NCBI GenBank assembly: GCA_934168355.1
Contig: CAKPNI010000001.1
Location: 3,886-67,885, forward strand
Origin: an uncultured Clostridia bacterium
GTDB taxonomy: Bacteria; Bacillota; Clostridia; TANB77; CAG-508
Length of the DNA stretch: 64,000 bases
Direction of reading: 5' to 3'
Positions 39,725 to 50,263 of the stretch are shown here, piece after piece; within the stretch, counting starts at the first letter, position 1, and the number at the start of each line of letters is the position of its first letter. The notes beneath the pieces were generated by a model. That model ran no database searches and was not told the DNA's origin. It saw only the letters and a list, made by a program, of their open reading frames with translations. Position numbers and translations under genes: made by a program.

Positions 39725-40579
39725 GTGGCAAAGAAAATAATACAATATATAGTGGCTACAATATTAGCATTGGCTATACTTGGATTAGTTGTAATAAATA
39801 TACTTTCAACTTCTATCTTAAATAAGGGGTATATAATATCTAAATTACAAACTCAACAGTATTATGATAAAATATATGAAGAAACTGAATCAAATTTTGA
39901 AAATTATATACATCAATCAGGTCTTGATGAAGATGTATTAAAAGACATAGTATCAAAAGAAAAAATAGAAAAAGATACCAAAATAATTTTAAACAATATA
40001 TATAATGGTATGGATGAAAAGATAGATACAAAAGAAATTAAAGAAAAATTAAATGAAAATATAAATAATTCTTTGAATGGAAAAATTTCTAGTTCAGAAC
40101 AAAAATCTATAGACACTTTTGTTGATACAATTTGTAAAGAATATGAAACAACAATTTTACATACCAATTATGAAAAAAAGATACATGAAACAATAGAAAA
40201 AATAAATAAATATATCGATTTATCCAAAAAAGCAATGATGATAATTATAGGTGTTTCAGTTATATTATTAATTTTATTAACAATAAGAAGAATTTATAGA
40301 ATTATTTCAAAAATTGGTGTGGCATTTATAATTGATGGTTTGATTTTGGTATTAGCAAAAAAATATATTGGTTCCAACATAAAAGTAGATACAATAAAGT
40401 TGCTAAATAACGGGATATCTGATGTATTGCAAAGTATTTTAAATGAAATGATAGGAAAAGTATTAAAAACTGGTAGTATATTATTGGCTTTGGGAATTAC
40501 AATGATAATAATTTATGGAATAATAAAAAGCATTCGTAAAGCAAAAAGAGAAAAAGACCAATATACACCAGAAAATTAA
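39725..40579 (+). CDS. Hypothetical membrane protein
   Basis: TM helices at both ends. GTG start after AGGAGGA. Confidence 0.45.
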   Translation: MAKKIIQYIVATILALAILGLVVINILSTSILNKGYIISKLQTQQYYDKIYEETESNFENYIHQSGLDEDVLKDIVSKEKIEKDTKIILNNIYNGMDEKIDTKEIKEKLNENINNSLNGKISSSEQKSIDTFVDTICKEYETTILHTNYEKKIHETIEKINKYIDLSKKAMMIIIGVSVILLILLTIRRIYRIISKIGVAFIIDGLILVLAKKYIGSNIKVDTIKLLNNGISDVLQSILNEMIGKVLKTGSILLALGITMIIIYGIIKSIRKAKREKDQYTPEN

Positions 40580-40595
40580 TTAGGGGAGAAATTTA

Positions 40596-41309
40596 ATGGA
40601 AGAATTAGATTTAAAAGAATTATTAAGCTTATTTTGGAGCAAAATTTTTCAAATAATAGTAATTGTACTTATAGTAACAGGAGTAGGAGTAATTTATACA
40701 TATGGCTTTACCACTCCTAAATATAGTTCATCAACAACACTTGTACTTACAGGTTCAGAGCCATCAACAAGCTCAGATGCCACAAATTCAATAACAACAA
40801 CAGATATAACTTTAAACTCAAAATTAGTATCAACATATAGTGAACTTGTAAAAAGTAGTAAAGTTTTAAGACAGGTTATATCAAATTTAGGAATAGATGT
40901 AAATGAAGATGAATTAAGAAAAAATGTAACAGTAAAATCTGTTGAAGATACAGAAGTAATAAAAATTACTGTAACAAATGCAAATGCTGCATATTCAGCA
41001 AAAATAGCAAATGAAATAGCCAAAATATTTTCAGGAATGGTTTCAGATATCTATAATATAAATAATATATATATAGTAGATGAGGCAGAAGTATCAAATA
41101 CGCCATCAAATATACATCATAGTAAGGACATAATGATATTTGGATTTTTAGGACTAGTAATATCTATAATGTATGTTTTAATTGCTAATATGTTAGATAC
41201 AACAGTAAAAACACCAGAAGATGTTGAAAAAGGAGTAGGTTTACCAGTACTTGTAACTATTCCATATATAGAAAACTTTGGAAACGAAAAAGGAGGTAAA
41301 AGAAAATGA
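40596..41309 (+). CDS. Capsular polysaccharide chain-length determinant (Wzz/CpsC-like)
   Basis: Two TM helices flanking an extracellular domain. Directly upstream of the tyrosine kinase. Confidence 0.75.
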   Translation: MEELDLKELLSLFWSKIFQIIVIVLIVTGVGVIYTYGFTTPKYSSSTTLVLTGSEPSTSSDATNSITTTDITLNSKLVSTYSELVKSSKVLRQVISNLGIDVNEDELRKNVTVKSVEDTEVIKITVTNANAAYSAKIANEIAKIFSGMVSDIYNINNIYIVDEAEVSNTPSNIHHSKDIMIFGFLGLVISIMYVLIANMLDTTVKTPEDVEKGVGLPVLVTIPYIENFGNEKGGKRK

Positions 41310-42286
41310 AAAAAGAAGTAATAGCACATAAAAATCCTAAATCTCCTATTTCAGAAGTTTTTAGAACACTAAGAACAAATATACAATTTATGGATGTAAA
41401 CAAAAAAATGAAAGTATTGACAGTTACATCAACTTTCCCAGGAGAGGGAAAAAGTTGGGTTGCATCAAACTTAGCAGTTACATTTGCCCAAGCGGGAAAA
41501 AAGGTTGTTTTAATAGATGCAGACATGAGAAAAGGAAGACAGTATGCAATATTTGGACTTTCTCCAAAACCAGGACTTTCAAACTTTTTATCACAGGTTG
41601 AAATGGATAATAATGGTAGATTGTCAGAAAATGTAGCAGACTATATTCAACCAACAGAAGTTGAAAATTTATTTGTCATTACAGCAGGAAATGTACCACC
41701 AAATCCATCAGAGCTTTTAGTATCAACTCAAATGATAGGTTTATTGGATGCATTAAGAAATTCTTGTGATATGATAATAATAGATGGAACACCAAGCGAG
41801 CTAGTTACAGATGCTGTTATCTTATCGAGAATATCTGATTCTACAGTAATAGTAACTGCACACAAGATTACAAAAAAAGATGCATTAGAAAGAGTAGTAA
41901 AAAATATACAAAATGTTGGTGGAAAAATTGCTGGAGTTATAATAAACAAAGTTCCGATATCAGCAAAACGCTATGGTGAAAAGTATTACTATTATGGAGA
42001 AGATAGAATTTTATCTGGAAAATCGAAAAAAGTTGCTAATATATCAAAAGCACAATCTACAAGAGAAAATTTTTCATTTGGAAATAATCAAGTAGATAAA
42101 AATCCATATCAAGATGATATGGATGAAATGGAAAGTAAAGACTTTTTAAGAGAAGATTCAGAGCCTTTATTTATTCGTAAAAACGAAGAAATAGTAAATC
42201 AAAATGAAGAAGTATCATTAGACAAAACAAATGATATATTAAAACAAATTAACGAATATTTAGATAACGAAAAAAAGAAACTATAA
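41306..42286 (+). CDS. Polysaccharide biosynthesis tyrosine autokinase (CpsD/CapB-like)
   Basis: Walker A TSTFPGEGKSW, C-terminal tyrosine cluster YGEKYYYYGED. Confidence 0.85.
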   Translation: MKKEVIAHKNPKSPISEVFRTLRTNIQFMDVNKKMKVLTVTSTFPGEGKSWVASNLAVTFAQAGKKVVLIDADMRKGRQYAIFGLSPKPGLSNFLSQVEMDNNGRLSENVADYIQPTEVENLFVITAGNVPPNPSELLVSTQMIGLLDALRNSCDMIIIDGTPSELVTDAVILSRISDSTVIVTAHKITKKDALERVVKNIQNVGGKIAGVIINKVPISAKRYGEKYYYYGEDRILSGKSKKVANISKAQSTRENFSFGNNQVDKNPYQDDMDEMESKDFLREDSEPLFIRKNEEIVNQNEEVSLDKTNDILKQINEYLDNEKKKL

Positions 42287-42305
42287 AAGCTTAAAAAGGA
42301 GAATA

Positions 42306-43085
42306 ATGAAAATGATTGATTTTCATTCACATGTTCTTCCAAATGTTGATGATGGTTCAAAAAGCGTTGAGGAAACGTTTAAATTACTAGAAGAGGCAAA
42401 AGAGGCAGGATTCGATGGAGTAATATCAACCTCTCATTATATGGAAGAATATTATGAAGTAAATGTAGCTGAAAGAAAAGTATGGATAAATGCACTATCA
42501 GAAAATTTATATCAGAAAAATATAGATTTAAAGCTATATTTAGGTAACGAAATTTATATATCCAAAAATATCATTGATTTTTTAGAAACTGGGAAAGCAA
42601 CAAGTATTAATAATTCCAATTACGTACTTTTTGAATTCCCTATGAATTCTAAACCAATGGATATGTATGATATTATATATGATATGTTAGAATATAAATT
42701 GGTACCAGTCTTAGCTCATCCTGAGAGATATTCGTTTGTACAAAAAGAGCCTAATTTGGTATACGACTTAATTCAAAAAGGGGTTCTTATGCAATCAAAT
42801 TATGGTAGTATCTTAGGAATGTATGGCGAAAAAGCGCAAATTATTGTTAGGAAATTATTAGAAAATAATATGGTACATTTTTTAGGTAGTGATGTACATA
42901 GGGCTAATTCTATTTATTCTAAAATTCAAAGTAGTTTAGGAGAGATTGAAGCGATAGTGGGAGAGGAGAAACTAAAAGAGATTAGTTCGGTCAATCCAAA
43001 ATTGGTTGTGGATAACAAGAGAATTGATATTGATGAGCCAAGGGAAATTAAGTTATCTTTAAAGGAAAAGATGAAGCTCTTATAA
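42306..43085 (+). CDS. Tyrosine-protein phosphatase CpsB/CapC (PHP family)
   Basis: MIDFHSHVLPNVDDGS metal-binding motif. Confidence 0.85.
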   Translation: MKMIDFHSHVLPNVDDGSKSVEETFKLLEEAKEAGFDGVISTSHYMEEYYEVNVAERKVWINALSENLYQKNIDLKLYLGNEIYISKNIIDFLETGKATSINNSNYVLFEFPMNSKPMDMYDIIYDMLEYKLVPVLAHPERYSFVQKEPNLVYDLIQKGVLMQSNYGSILGMYGEKAQIIVRKLLENNMVHFLGSDVHRANSIYSKIQSSLGEIEAIVGEEKLKEISSVNPKLVVDNKRIDIDEPREIKLSLKEKMKLL

Positions 43086-43604
43086 ATTATCATCTCCAAT
43101 ACTTAAAATTTTTTTGTAAAACTTTCCTAAAGTTTTGTTTAAAGTATAAATTTTGTAATTTATGCTTTAAGAATTGTGCGGTAGTACAAATTCATGGCTT
43201 GCTTTATACACAAAAGCAAGGATTGTACTACCACACACCAGAGTTGTTTTTACTTCAAAATGCTCATAAATTTTTTGATATTTTTTGGAACTTTTTAGAA
43301 CTGCTTCAAAGCACATTTTAAATTGGCATTTTTGCCGAAATTACACAAAAAAATACAGGTTAGAAATTTGTTTCCTAACCTGATATTATGGTGCCGTTGG
43401 CGTAGTTATCTACAACTCTTTTCGGCTCTCGTGACAATTGATACAAATATCAATCAATTTATTAAAGTATATCATATTTATAATAAATTGCAATAGTAGA
43501 ATTAAGATTTATTTAAAAACTAATATATTCAAATTACAATAAACAATTGGATGCACATAATTGCACATCCAATTGTAATGCAAAAATATTTTTTGCTGGC
43601 GATT

Positions 43605-44663
43605 TTAAAGCAAATATAGAAAATATCTACATGAGCTATATTCGTATCCAACAAGTTTTCCAAAATCCTTTTGATAATAGTCCCAAATGTAGACACCAGA
43701 AGACTCAACCACATAGACAACACCAGATTCTTCCAAAAAACTAATCAATGTTTGGTATGGCTTGTAAGCCATAATCATACGTTTCGATGCTCTGCACTCT
43801 AAATATTTCATTTTACCAGAGTCAATTTCATTTTCTGTTTTATCAATTATTGCCTTTCTCTGTTCTGGATTGAGTTCAACTTTTAGTTTATCATTGAAAG
43901 AACTGTGATAATCACTTTCAATATCACATTGTCCAGATCCAGTAAGCATTGGTACAGAATTTTGATTATCAAAGTAGAAATTCCAGATGTTTTTTAGCCC
44001 ATCAAGTAATCTTAGATATAAATTTGAACATCCGTTATTATACTTTTCAATTGAATTCTTACTCATAATGGCAAACTGCATATCACCACATCTGTCATCA
44101 CCAAAATGGAAAGGCCAGAAGCCAATGATGATGTCCTTGCATATTCTAATATTGTCTTCGTAAACATCAGAATAAACACGATAAAAAGCACCATCTTTGG
44201 TTGTCTGTTTTTTAAAACGAATTTTATATAAATGGTAGTTTAATGCTGTTTGATAGGTACTTCCAAAAATTGCATATAAGATACCAAGGTCATTAATCAT
44301 TTCTACCTCTGACCGAGTATCCTCATAGTAATTTTTGTCATCTTCAAAATGAACATTCCATTTAAAATTTTGGTTTGGATTCCATTCATTTTCATTATGA
44401 TATGATTGACTACTATAGCTATATGCTTTTTTATCCCCAAATGAATCCTCAAAGTCAAAACTAGTTGTACTATAATCTTCTGTATGTTGCTTAAGAATCT
44501 CATGAGTTTCTTCATAAACTTTGAGCTTTTTTTCAACTTTAGCTAAAAGCCGTTTAGCCGTTTCTTGCTCTGGACCAAAATCAAGTTTAACACGTAATTG
44601 AAGTGCTTCGACCCTATGCTTTAACTTGGTGTATTCTTCTGGATTAAACTGTTGTTTTTTCAT
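43605..44663 (-). CDS. Hypothetical protein (352 aa) in GC-richer segment
   Basis: Long ORF. Local base composition clearly less AT-rich than surroundings. Confidence 0.5.
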   Translation of the reverse strand: MKKQQFNPEEYTKLKHRVEALQLRVKLDFGPEQETAKRLLAKVEKKLKVYEETHEILKQHTEDYSTTSFDFEDSFGDKKAYSYSSQSYHNENEWNPNQNFKWNVHFEDDKNYYEDTRSEVEMINDLGILYAIFGSTYQTALNYHLYKIRFKKQTTKDGAFYRVYSDVYEDNIRICKDIIIGFWPFHFGDDRCGDMQFAIMSKNSIEKYNNGCSNLYLRLLDGLKNIWNFYFDNQNSVPMLTGSGQCDIESDYHSSFNDKLKVELNPEQRKAIIDKTENEIDSGKMKYLECRASKRMIMAYKPYQTLISFLEESGVVYVVESSGVYIWDYYQKDFGKLVGYEYSSCRYFLYLL

Positions 44664-45266
44664 TATATTGCCCTCCTAAAATTTTTAGTAAGTACTTACT
44701 TACATATTTACAGTATAGCACATTTCACATAAAATAACAAGTTATTGTTTGTTAGAGTATGAAAGAATATGATTCATTTATGATAATGTCTTAAATGAAA
44801 AAAATATGATATAAGTAAATCTGATAAAAATATCGGCATTGCTTATGTTTTAGGAATAGATGTTAATGATTTAAGAAAAAAATTCTAAAATTGACCATTA
44901 TTTTTAATCTGTTTTATTTTTGTTTCTAGTTTTACTTTACCATTTGTTATTGTATAATTCATTTCATTATCTTTTAATAAATCCACCAATATTAAGTCCA
45001 TTTTGCTGAATATATACACTAAGATATGCCTATGCAGATATAGAAAATAAAAAGGCATCTACAAACATAATCGAAAATAAACTTGCATTGGATACAAAAG
45101 ATATAAAAAAAGAACAAATTACAAAACTCGCTATTTAGGTAATCTGTCTTAAAAAATACATTTCTAACTTTTTATAAAAATTCTAATTTTGGAAAAGTGT
45201 TAGAACTTTGTACATTTTTATAAATAAAAACCTCAAGCATCTATTACGAACTACTTGAGGTTCTTA

Positions 45267-45355
45267 TGGTGCAGATGGCCGGAATCGAACCGGCACGGTT
45301 TATTCAACCGCAGGATTTTAAGTCCTGTGCGTCTACCAGTTCCGCCACATCTGCA
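45267..45355 (-). tRNA. tRNA-Leu (anticodon TAA), with encoded CCA
   Basis: Reverse complement folds as class II tRNA: acceptor stem TGCAGAT/ATCTGCA, anticodon loop CTTAAAA, long variable arm, T-arm GGTTCGATTCC. Confidence 0.85.
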
Positions 45356-45740
45356 TATATAAAACTGGTATATGTCCTAACGACAATGTTTATTATATTA
45401 TTAAATTATATATTTGTCAATATCTATTTCAAAATTTTTCAAAATTTTTGAACAAATGGTTACAATTTAGGAAAAACATATACTTTGAATGAAATATTGT
45501 CGGAAATTAATGAGTAAAAATCCCCAAATAGAGAGAATATTAAAATTAATCCCCTCTATTTGAGGTGCCTTTCATTTTGTGGGCTGTGAATTGTAACAGG
45601 ATACTTGGAAATATGGATTTTTTATAAAAACAAAATTGCAATATAATATAAAATGTGATAAAATATATAAAGCAAACTCATTGCAATATTTTCCAAGTTT
45701 TGGAAAATAAATTATTAATTCAGAAGGAGGAATATCAACA

Positions 45741-46136
45741 ATGATTATTAACAACAGGATAGGGGGAAATGTTCTGAATGAAAGATGTGTTGCCTTTGCA
45801 GTTAATGTAGAGGGACTAAACACAGAAGGTTTTGCAAGAAAAATTGCCCGGAAGTATTGGCCAGAATTAGTCAATATAGGCAAATGCAAAATTGGAACAG
45901 TATTAACAAAAGAAATGAAAGGAATAACATTTTATGGTTTAGTTTGTTATTCTATTGAAAAAGGTTGGATAGAACAATCAAATACAATATGTGAATGTTT
46001 GAATTCTATAAAAACCAACGAACCGATTGCAGTAGTTGCTATTGGAAAAGAACCACTTGAAATTCGTAGAGGAGCAAATTTATCTGAAATACAAAGTGGT
46101 ATGGAAAAATCTGAAAGAAAAATAATTTTATACTAA
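45741..46136 (+). CDS. Macro-domain-like protein (short)
   Basis: CVAFAVNVEGLNTEGFARKIARKYWPEL aligns with macro-domain ADP-ribose-binding core ([28 protein letters not shown]). Confidence 0.5.
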   Translation: MIINNRIGGNVLNERCVAFAVNVEGLNTEGFARKIARKYWPELVNIGKCKIGTVLTKEMKGITFYGLVCYSIEKGWIEQSNTICECLNSIKTNEPIAVVAIGKEPLEIRRGANLSEIQSGMEKSERKIILY

Positions 46137-46152
46137 TGTAATCGGAGGAAAA

Positions 46153-46189
46153 AACAAGTCTAGTAAATGAGCTAGACTTGTTTTTTTTA
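46153..46189 (+). terminator. Rho-independent terminator
   Basis: AACAAGTCTAG-loop-CTAGACTTGTT plus T8. Confidence 0.8.
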
Positions 46190-46288
46190 TGTTATAAAAA
46201 ATAGGTATTTACAAATAAAAGATATAAATATATAATGGAAATATAAAAAATAAATATAAAGGTCATACCTTTAGGAAAAGAGGAAAAA

Positions 46289-47374
46289 ATGAAAAAAATA
46301 ATACCAATTCTTATTTTTATTTTTATAATAATTGCAATAGTTTGCGTAAAATTAAACAAAAACAGTAACAATAAAGAGGAAAATAAAACAATCAGATATA
46401 CAACTATCACTACAACCGAAGGAATAATAACTACGCCATCATTAGAAGATGAAATACAAACAAATACAATATGGTGTGGAACATTTCAGTTAATATGGAA
46501 TGACTTAAAAAATGACATAGCAAAACAAGACATAGTATTTAATCCACAATCAAAAATTGTAGAAAATTTAAACAAAGAAACGTTTAGTGTAAAAGATATA
46601 TCTGATAAATACTATTATAAAAAAATTGGAACACCAACAACTGCGTTAAAACAAGAAATTGAAAAAGCGATACAAGACAAATTTAATGAAAAAAGCGATA
46701 TTTTAGACAATTTTGATTGGAACGGAAAAACAGAAGAAGACTACTTTTTATATGCAATGCTAAAAAAGGAATTTCAATTTGAGAAAGTATTTGATGAGTT
46801 TGAAAATGGAAAATTTGGACAATATGATGATATAAAATATTTTGGCATAAAAACAGGTGAAAATGAAGAAGTAAGAAATCAAGTAACTGTATTATATTAT
46901 GATTCTGCTAATAATTTTGCAATAAAATTAAAGACAAAACAAGAAGATGAAGTTATATTGTGCAAAAATCCGGAAGGAAAAACATTTAATGAAATTTATA
47001 AAAATATAGAGGAAAAAGAAAAGAATTTTAAAGGAAATAAGGGCATAGCAGAAAAGGAAGTTGTGAAAATTCCTAATATAAAATTAAATGAAAAAGCAGA
47101 ATTTAGTGAGCTTGAAAATAAACCATTTTTGTTTTCAAATGGTAATTCGTATTTGATTGAAAAAGCTATCCAAACAATTCAGTTTGAATTAGATAAAACA
47201 GGAGGAAAAATAAAAAGTGAAGCAGGAATGATGGTATCTAAGACATCTCTTGAAAGACCTGAGGAAAAAAGAACATTTGTGTTAGATGATACTTTTGCGA
47301 TATTTTTGAAAGAAGATGGAAAAGATAATCCGTATTTTGCTGGGAAGATAAGTGATATAACTAAATTTCAGTAA
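46289..47374 (+). CDS. Hypothetical secreted/membrane-anchored protein
   Basis: N-terminal signal/anchor MKKIIPILIFIFIIIAIVC. No recognisable domain. Confidence 0.5.
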   Translation: MKKIIPILIFIFIIIAIVCVKLNKNSNNKEENKTIRYTTITTTEGIITTPSLEDEIQTNTIWCGTFQLIWNDLKNDIAKQDIVFNPQSKIVENLNKETFSVKDISDKYYYKKIGTPTTALKQEIEKAIQDKFNEKSDILDNFDWNGKTEEDYFLYAMLKKEFQFEKVFDEFENGKFGQYDDIKYFGIKTGENEEVRNQVTVLYYDSANNFAIKLKTKQEDEVILCKNPEGKTFNEIYKNIEEKEKNFKGNKGIAEKEVVKIPNIKLNEKAEFSELENKPFLFSNGNSYLIEKAIQTIQFELDKTGGKIKSEAGMMVSKTSLERPEEKRTFVLDDTFAIFLKEDGKDNPYFAGKISDITKFQ

Positions 47375-47382
47375 TTTTTCTG

Positions 47383-47424
47383 ATTTGGGACGGTTCCTTT
47401 TCCGAAAAGGAACCGTCCCAAATC
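47383..47424 (+). repeat. Palindromic repeat element copy R4 (20-bp stem) in priA 5' UTR
   Basis: ATTTGGGACGGTTCCTTTTC-C-GAAAAGGAACCGTCCCAAAT. Followed by AAAAAGAAAGGA SD and the priA ATG. Confidence 0.85.
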
Positions 47425-47443
47425 CAAAAAGAAAGGAATTTAA

Positions 47444-49666
47444 ATGATAGCAGAAATAATAATAGATAGCAAAGCAAAAAGCCTAAACAGAAAATTTGAC
47501 TATGAAATACCGCAAGAGTTAGAAGACATAGTAGATGTAGGAAGTAGAGTTCTAGTACCATTTGGAAACTTCAAAACACTAGAACAAGGCTATATTATAA
47601 AAATAAAAGAAAAAACAGAATATAAAGTAAAGTCAATAGCTGGACTAGAAGAAAATTTGCCATCAGAAAAAATAAAATTAGCAAGATGGATGGCAAGAAA
47701 ATATTTTTGTAATGTTTCAGAATGTATAAAATTAATGTTAACACCGGGAACAAGAGCTAAAAATAAAGAAGATAGAGTGCAAGATAAAAATATAAATTTT
47801 GTATATTTAAATATTCCATATGAAGAGATAAATATAGATGAATTAAAAGGAGAAAAACAAAAAAAGTTAGTAGAATTTATAAAAAATAATGAAGGCTTAA
47901 CAATACCAGAAATAGAAAATTTTGCTGATATTTCAAGGAGTACGGTTAATTCTTTAGTAAAAAAAGAAATTTTAAAAATCGTAAATAAAAAGATTGATAG
48001 AAATCCATTGATAAATAAAAAGGTAAATAATAACAAAAAGCTAGAATTTACAGATGAACAGAAACAAGCATATTTAAAAGTGGCACATACGATGGAAGAA
48101 AATAGATTTGAAGAATTTTTGCTATATGGAATAACAGGTTCTGGAAAAACAGAAGTATATTTACAATTAATAGAAAAAGCCTTAAATGAGAATAAATCAT
48201 CAATTTGCTTAGTACCTGAAATATCACTAACTCCACAAATGTTAGATAGATTTATAGGAAGATTTGGAAAAGAAAAAATTGCAGTATTACATAGCAAATT
48301 ATCGATAGGCGAAAGACATGATGAATGGGAAAGAATAAAAAATGATGAAGCCAAAATTGTAATAGGTGCAAGGTCAGCTATATTTGCACCATGCAATAAT
48401 TTAGGATTAATAATAATTGACGAAGAACATGATAGCTCATATAAATCTGAATCAAGTCCAAGATATTCAGCAAAAGAGGTAGCTCACGAAATTGCAAAAG
48501 AAAAGAAAATACCATTAATACTTGGAAGTGCAACACCAGATTTAAGAACTTTTTATAAAGCACAAAATCAAAAAATATCAACATTAAGATTAACAAAAAG
48601 AGCAAATAATTCTAATTTACCAGAAGTTCAAATTGTAGACCTAAAAATGGAACTTGCGACTGGAAATAGGTCGATGATAAGTAATTTGTTATACTCAGAA
48701 ATGGAGAAAAATTTAAAAGAAAAAAGACAAACAATACTGTTTTTAAATAGAAGAGGGTACTCAACATTTATAATGTGTAGAGATTGTGGATATACTCTAA
48801 AATGCCCAAATTGCAATATAAGTTTAACATATCATATAACTAAAAATATATTAAAGTGTCACTATTGTGGGCATACCGAAAGACCGGTAAGCGTTTGCCC
48901 AGAATGTAAAAGCACAAAAATAAGATATTTTGGAACAGGAACACAAAAATTAGAACAAGAAATAAACAAGCTATTTCCAAGTGCTTCTACAATTAGAATG
49001 GATGTGGACACAGTAACTAAAAAGAATTCGCATGAAGAGATTCTAAGAAAATTTAAAGATGAAAATATAGATATTTTAATAGGAACACAAATGGTAGTAA
49101 AAGGACATCATTTTCCGAAAGTTACATTAGTTGGAGTAATTGCAGCAGATGGTTCTTTAAACCAAGATGATTATAGAGCAAATGAAAGAACATTCCAAAT
49201 ACTTACACAGGTTGCAGGTAGAGCAGGACGTGAGAATTTGCCGGGAAAAGTTGTAATACAAACCTATAATCCAGATAGTTTCCCAATTGAATATTCAAAG
49301 ACGCAAGATTATGATTTATTTTATGATACAGAAATCAAACTAAGAAAACAGTTGAAATATCCACCATTTTGCGATATAATATTAATTGGATTTTCGGGAG
49401 ATAGTCAAAAGGAAATTGAAGATGTAAGTTTGTATATGTTTAATATGTTAAAGACCAGCTTAGAAAAATATCAAATAAATGTGTTTCAGCCTATGCCAGC
49501 ACCTATTGATAAAATTCAAAATAAAATTAGATGGAGAATTATTGCAAAAGGTGTTGTAAATGAGGATGTTACAATTATTTTGAATAAATGCTTACAAAAT
49601 GTGTATGGGATGAATTTGAGGCATACTAAGGTTAGTGTGGATGTTAATCCTAATAATATGATGTAG
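47444..49666 (+). CDS. priA: Primosomal protein N' (replication restart helicase PriA)
   Basis: 740 aa, Walker A GITGSGKTEVY, DEEH box, Cys-rich zinc-binding region. Confidence 0.95.
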   Translation: MIAEIIIDSKAKSLNRKFDYEIPQELEDIVDVGSRVLVPFGNFKTLEQGYIIKIKEKTEYKVKSIAGLEENLPSEKIKLARWMARKYFCNVSECIKLMLTPGTRAKNKEDRVQDKNINFVYLNIPYEEINIDELKGEKQKKLVEFIKNNEGLTIPEIENFADISRSTVNSLVKKEILKIVNKKIDRNPLINKKVNNNKKLEFTDEQKQAYLKVAHTMEENRFEEFLLYGITGSGKTEVYLQLIEKALNENKSSICLVPEISLTPQMLDRFIGRFGKEKIAVLHSKLSIGERHDEWERIKNDEAKIVIGARSAIFAPCNNLGLIIIDEEHDSSYKSESSPRYSAKEVAHEIAKEKKIPLILGSATPDLRTFYKAQNQKISTLRLTKRANNSNLPEVQIVDLKMELATGNRSMISNLLYSEMEKNLKEKRQTILFLNRRGYSTFIMCRDCGYTLKCPNCNISLTYHITKNILKCHYCGHTERPVSVCPECKSTKIRYFGTGTQKLEQEINKLFPSASTIRMDVDTVTKKNSHEEILRKFKDENIDILIGTQMVVKGHHFPKVTLVGVIAADGSLNQDDYRANERTFQILTQVAGRAGRENLPGKVVIQTYNPDSFPIEYSKTQDYDLFYDTEIKLRKQLKYPPFCDIILIGFSGDSQKEIEDVSLYMFNMLKTSLEKYQINVFQPMPAPIDKIQNKIRWRIIAKGVVNEDVTIILNKCLQNVYGMNLRHTKVSVDVNPNNMM

Positions 49667-49672
49667 GCAAAA

Positions 49673-49734
49673 ATGTTCTTTTGGGACCGGTTCTTTTAAG
49701 AACATGTCCATAAAAGAACCGGTCCCAAACGAAC
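49673..49734 (+). repeat. Palindromic repeat element copy R5 in def 5' region
   Basis: ATGTTCTTTTGGGACCGGTTCTTTT...AAAAGAACCGGTCCCAAACGAAC. Followed by AAAAAAGAAAGGAAG SD. Confidence 0.85.
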
Positions 49735-49755
49735 AAAAAAGAAAGGAAGATAAGA

Positions 49756-50241
49756 ATGGCACTAAGAAAAATAAGAGAACAAGGAGACGAAATATTAAGA
49801 AAGAAATCAAGAGAAGTAAATATTGATGACATAACAGCAGAAAAAAATCAAAGTTTAATAGATGATATGTTAGAAACGATGTATCATTTTAATGGAGTAG
49901 GCTTAGCTGCTGTTCAAGTTGGAATTTTAAAACAAATTATTGTAATTGATGTAGATGACGATAAAGGTCCATATGTTTTAATAAATCCAAAAATATTAAA
50001 AACAAAAGGTTCTAAAGAATGTGAAGAAGGATGTTTGAGCTTTCCTAATGAATTTGGAAAAGTTGTTAGACCAACTGAAGTTGTTGTTGAGTTTTATGAT
50101 AGAGAAGCCAAAAAGGTTAAATTAAAAGCAAAAGATTTATTGGCACAAGCTGTATGCCATGAGGTAGACCATTTAAATGGAGTTTTATTTGTGGATTTAG
50201 TTGAGCCGGGTACTTTGGAGTATGTTTCTCCAAAAGATTAA
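49756..50241 (+). CDS. def: Peptide deformylase
   Basis: GxGxAAxQ (GVGLAAVQ), EGCLS, HEVDH motifs. Confidence 0.95.
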   Translation: MALRKIREQGDEILRKKSREVNIDDITAEKNQSLIDDMLETMYHFNGVGLAAVQVGILKQIIVIDVDDDKGPYVLINPKILKTKGSKECEEGCLSFPNEFGKVVRPTEVVVEFYDREAKKVKLKAKDLLAQAVCHEVDHLNGVLFVDLVEPGTLEYVSPKD

Positions 50242-50263
50242 AACTTAAACTTGATGCATAATG

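Noticed and set aside
43381-43450. Possible tRNA fragment / att repeat (GGTGCCGTTGGCGTAG...) at the left edge of the GC-rich island
   Set aside because: Shares only 6 nt with the 3' end of tRNA-Leu. No cloverleaf can be built. Cannot be supported.
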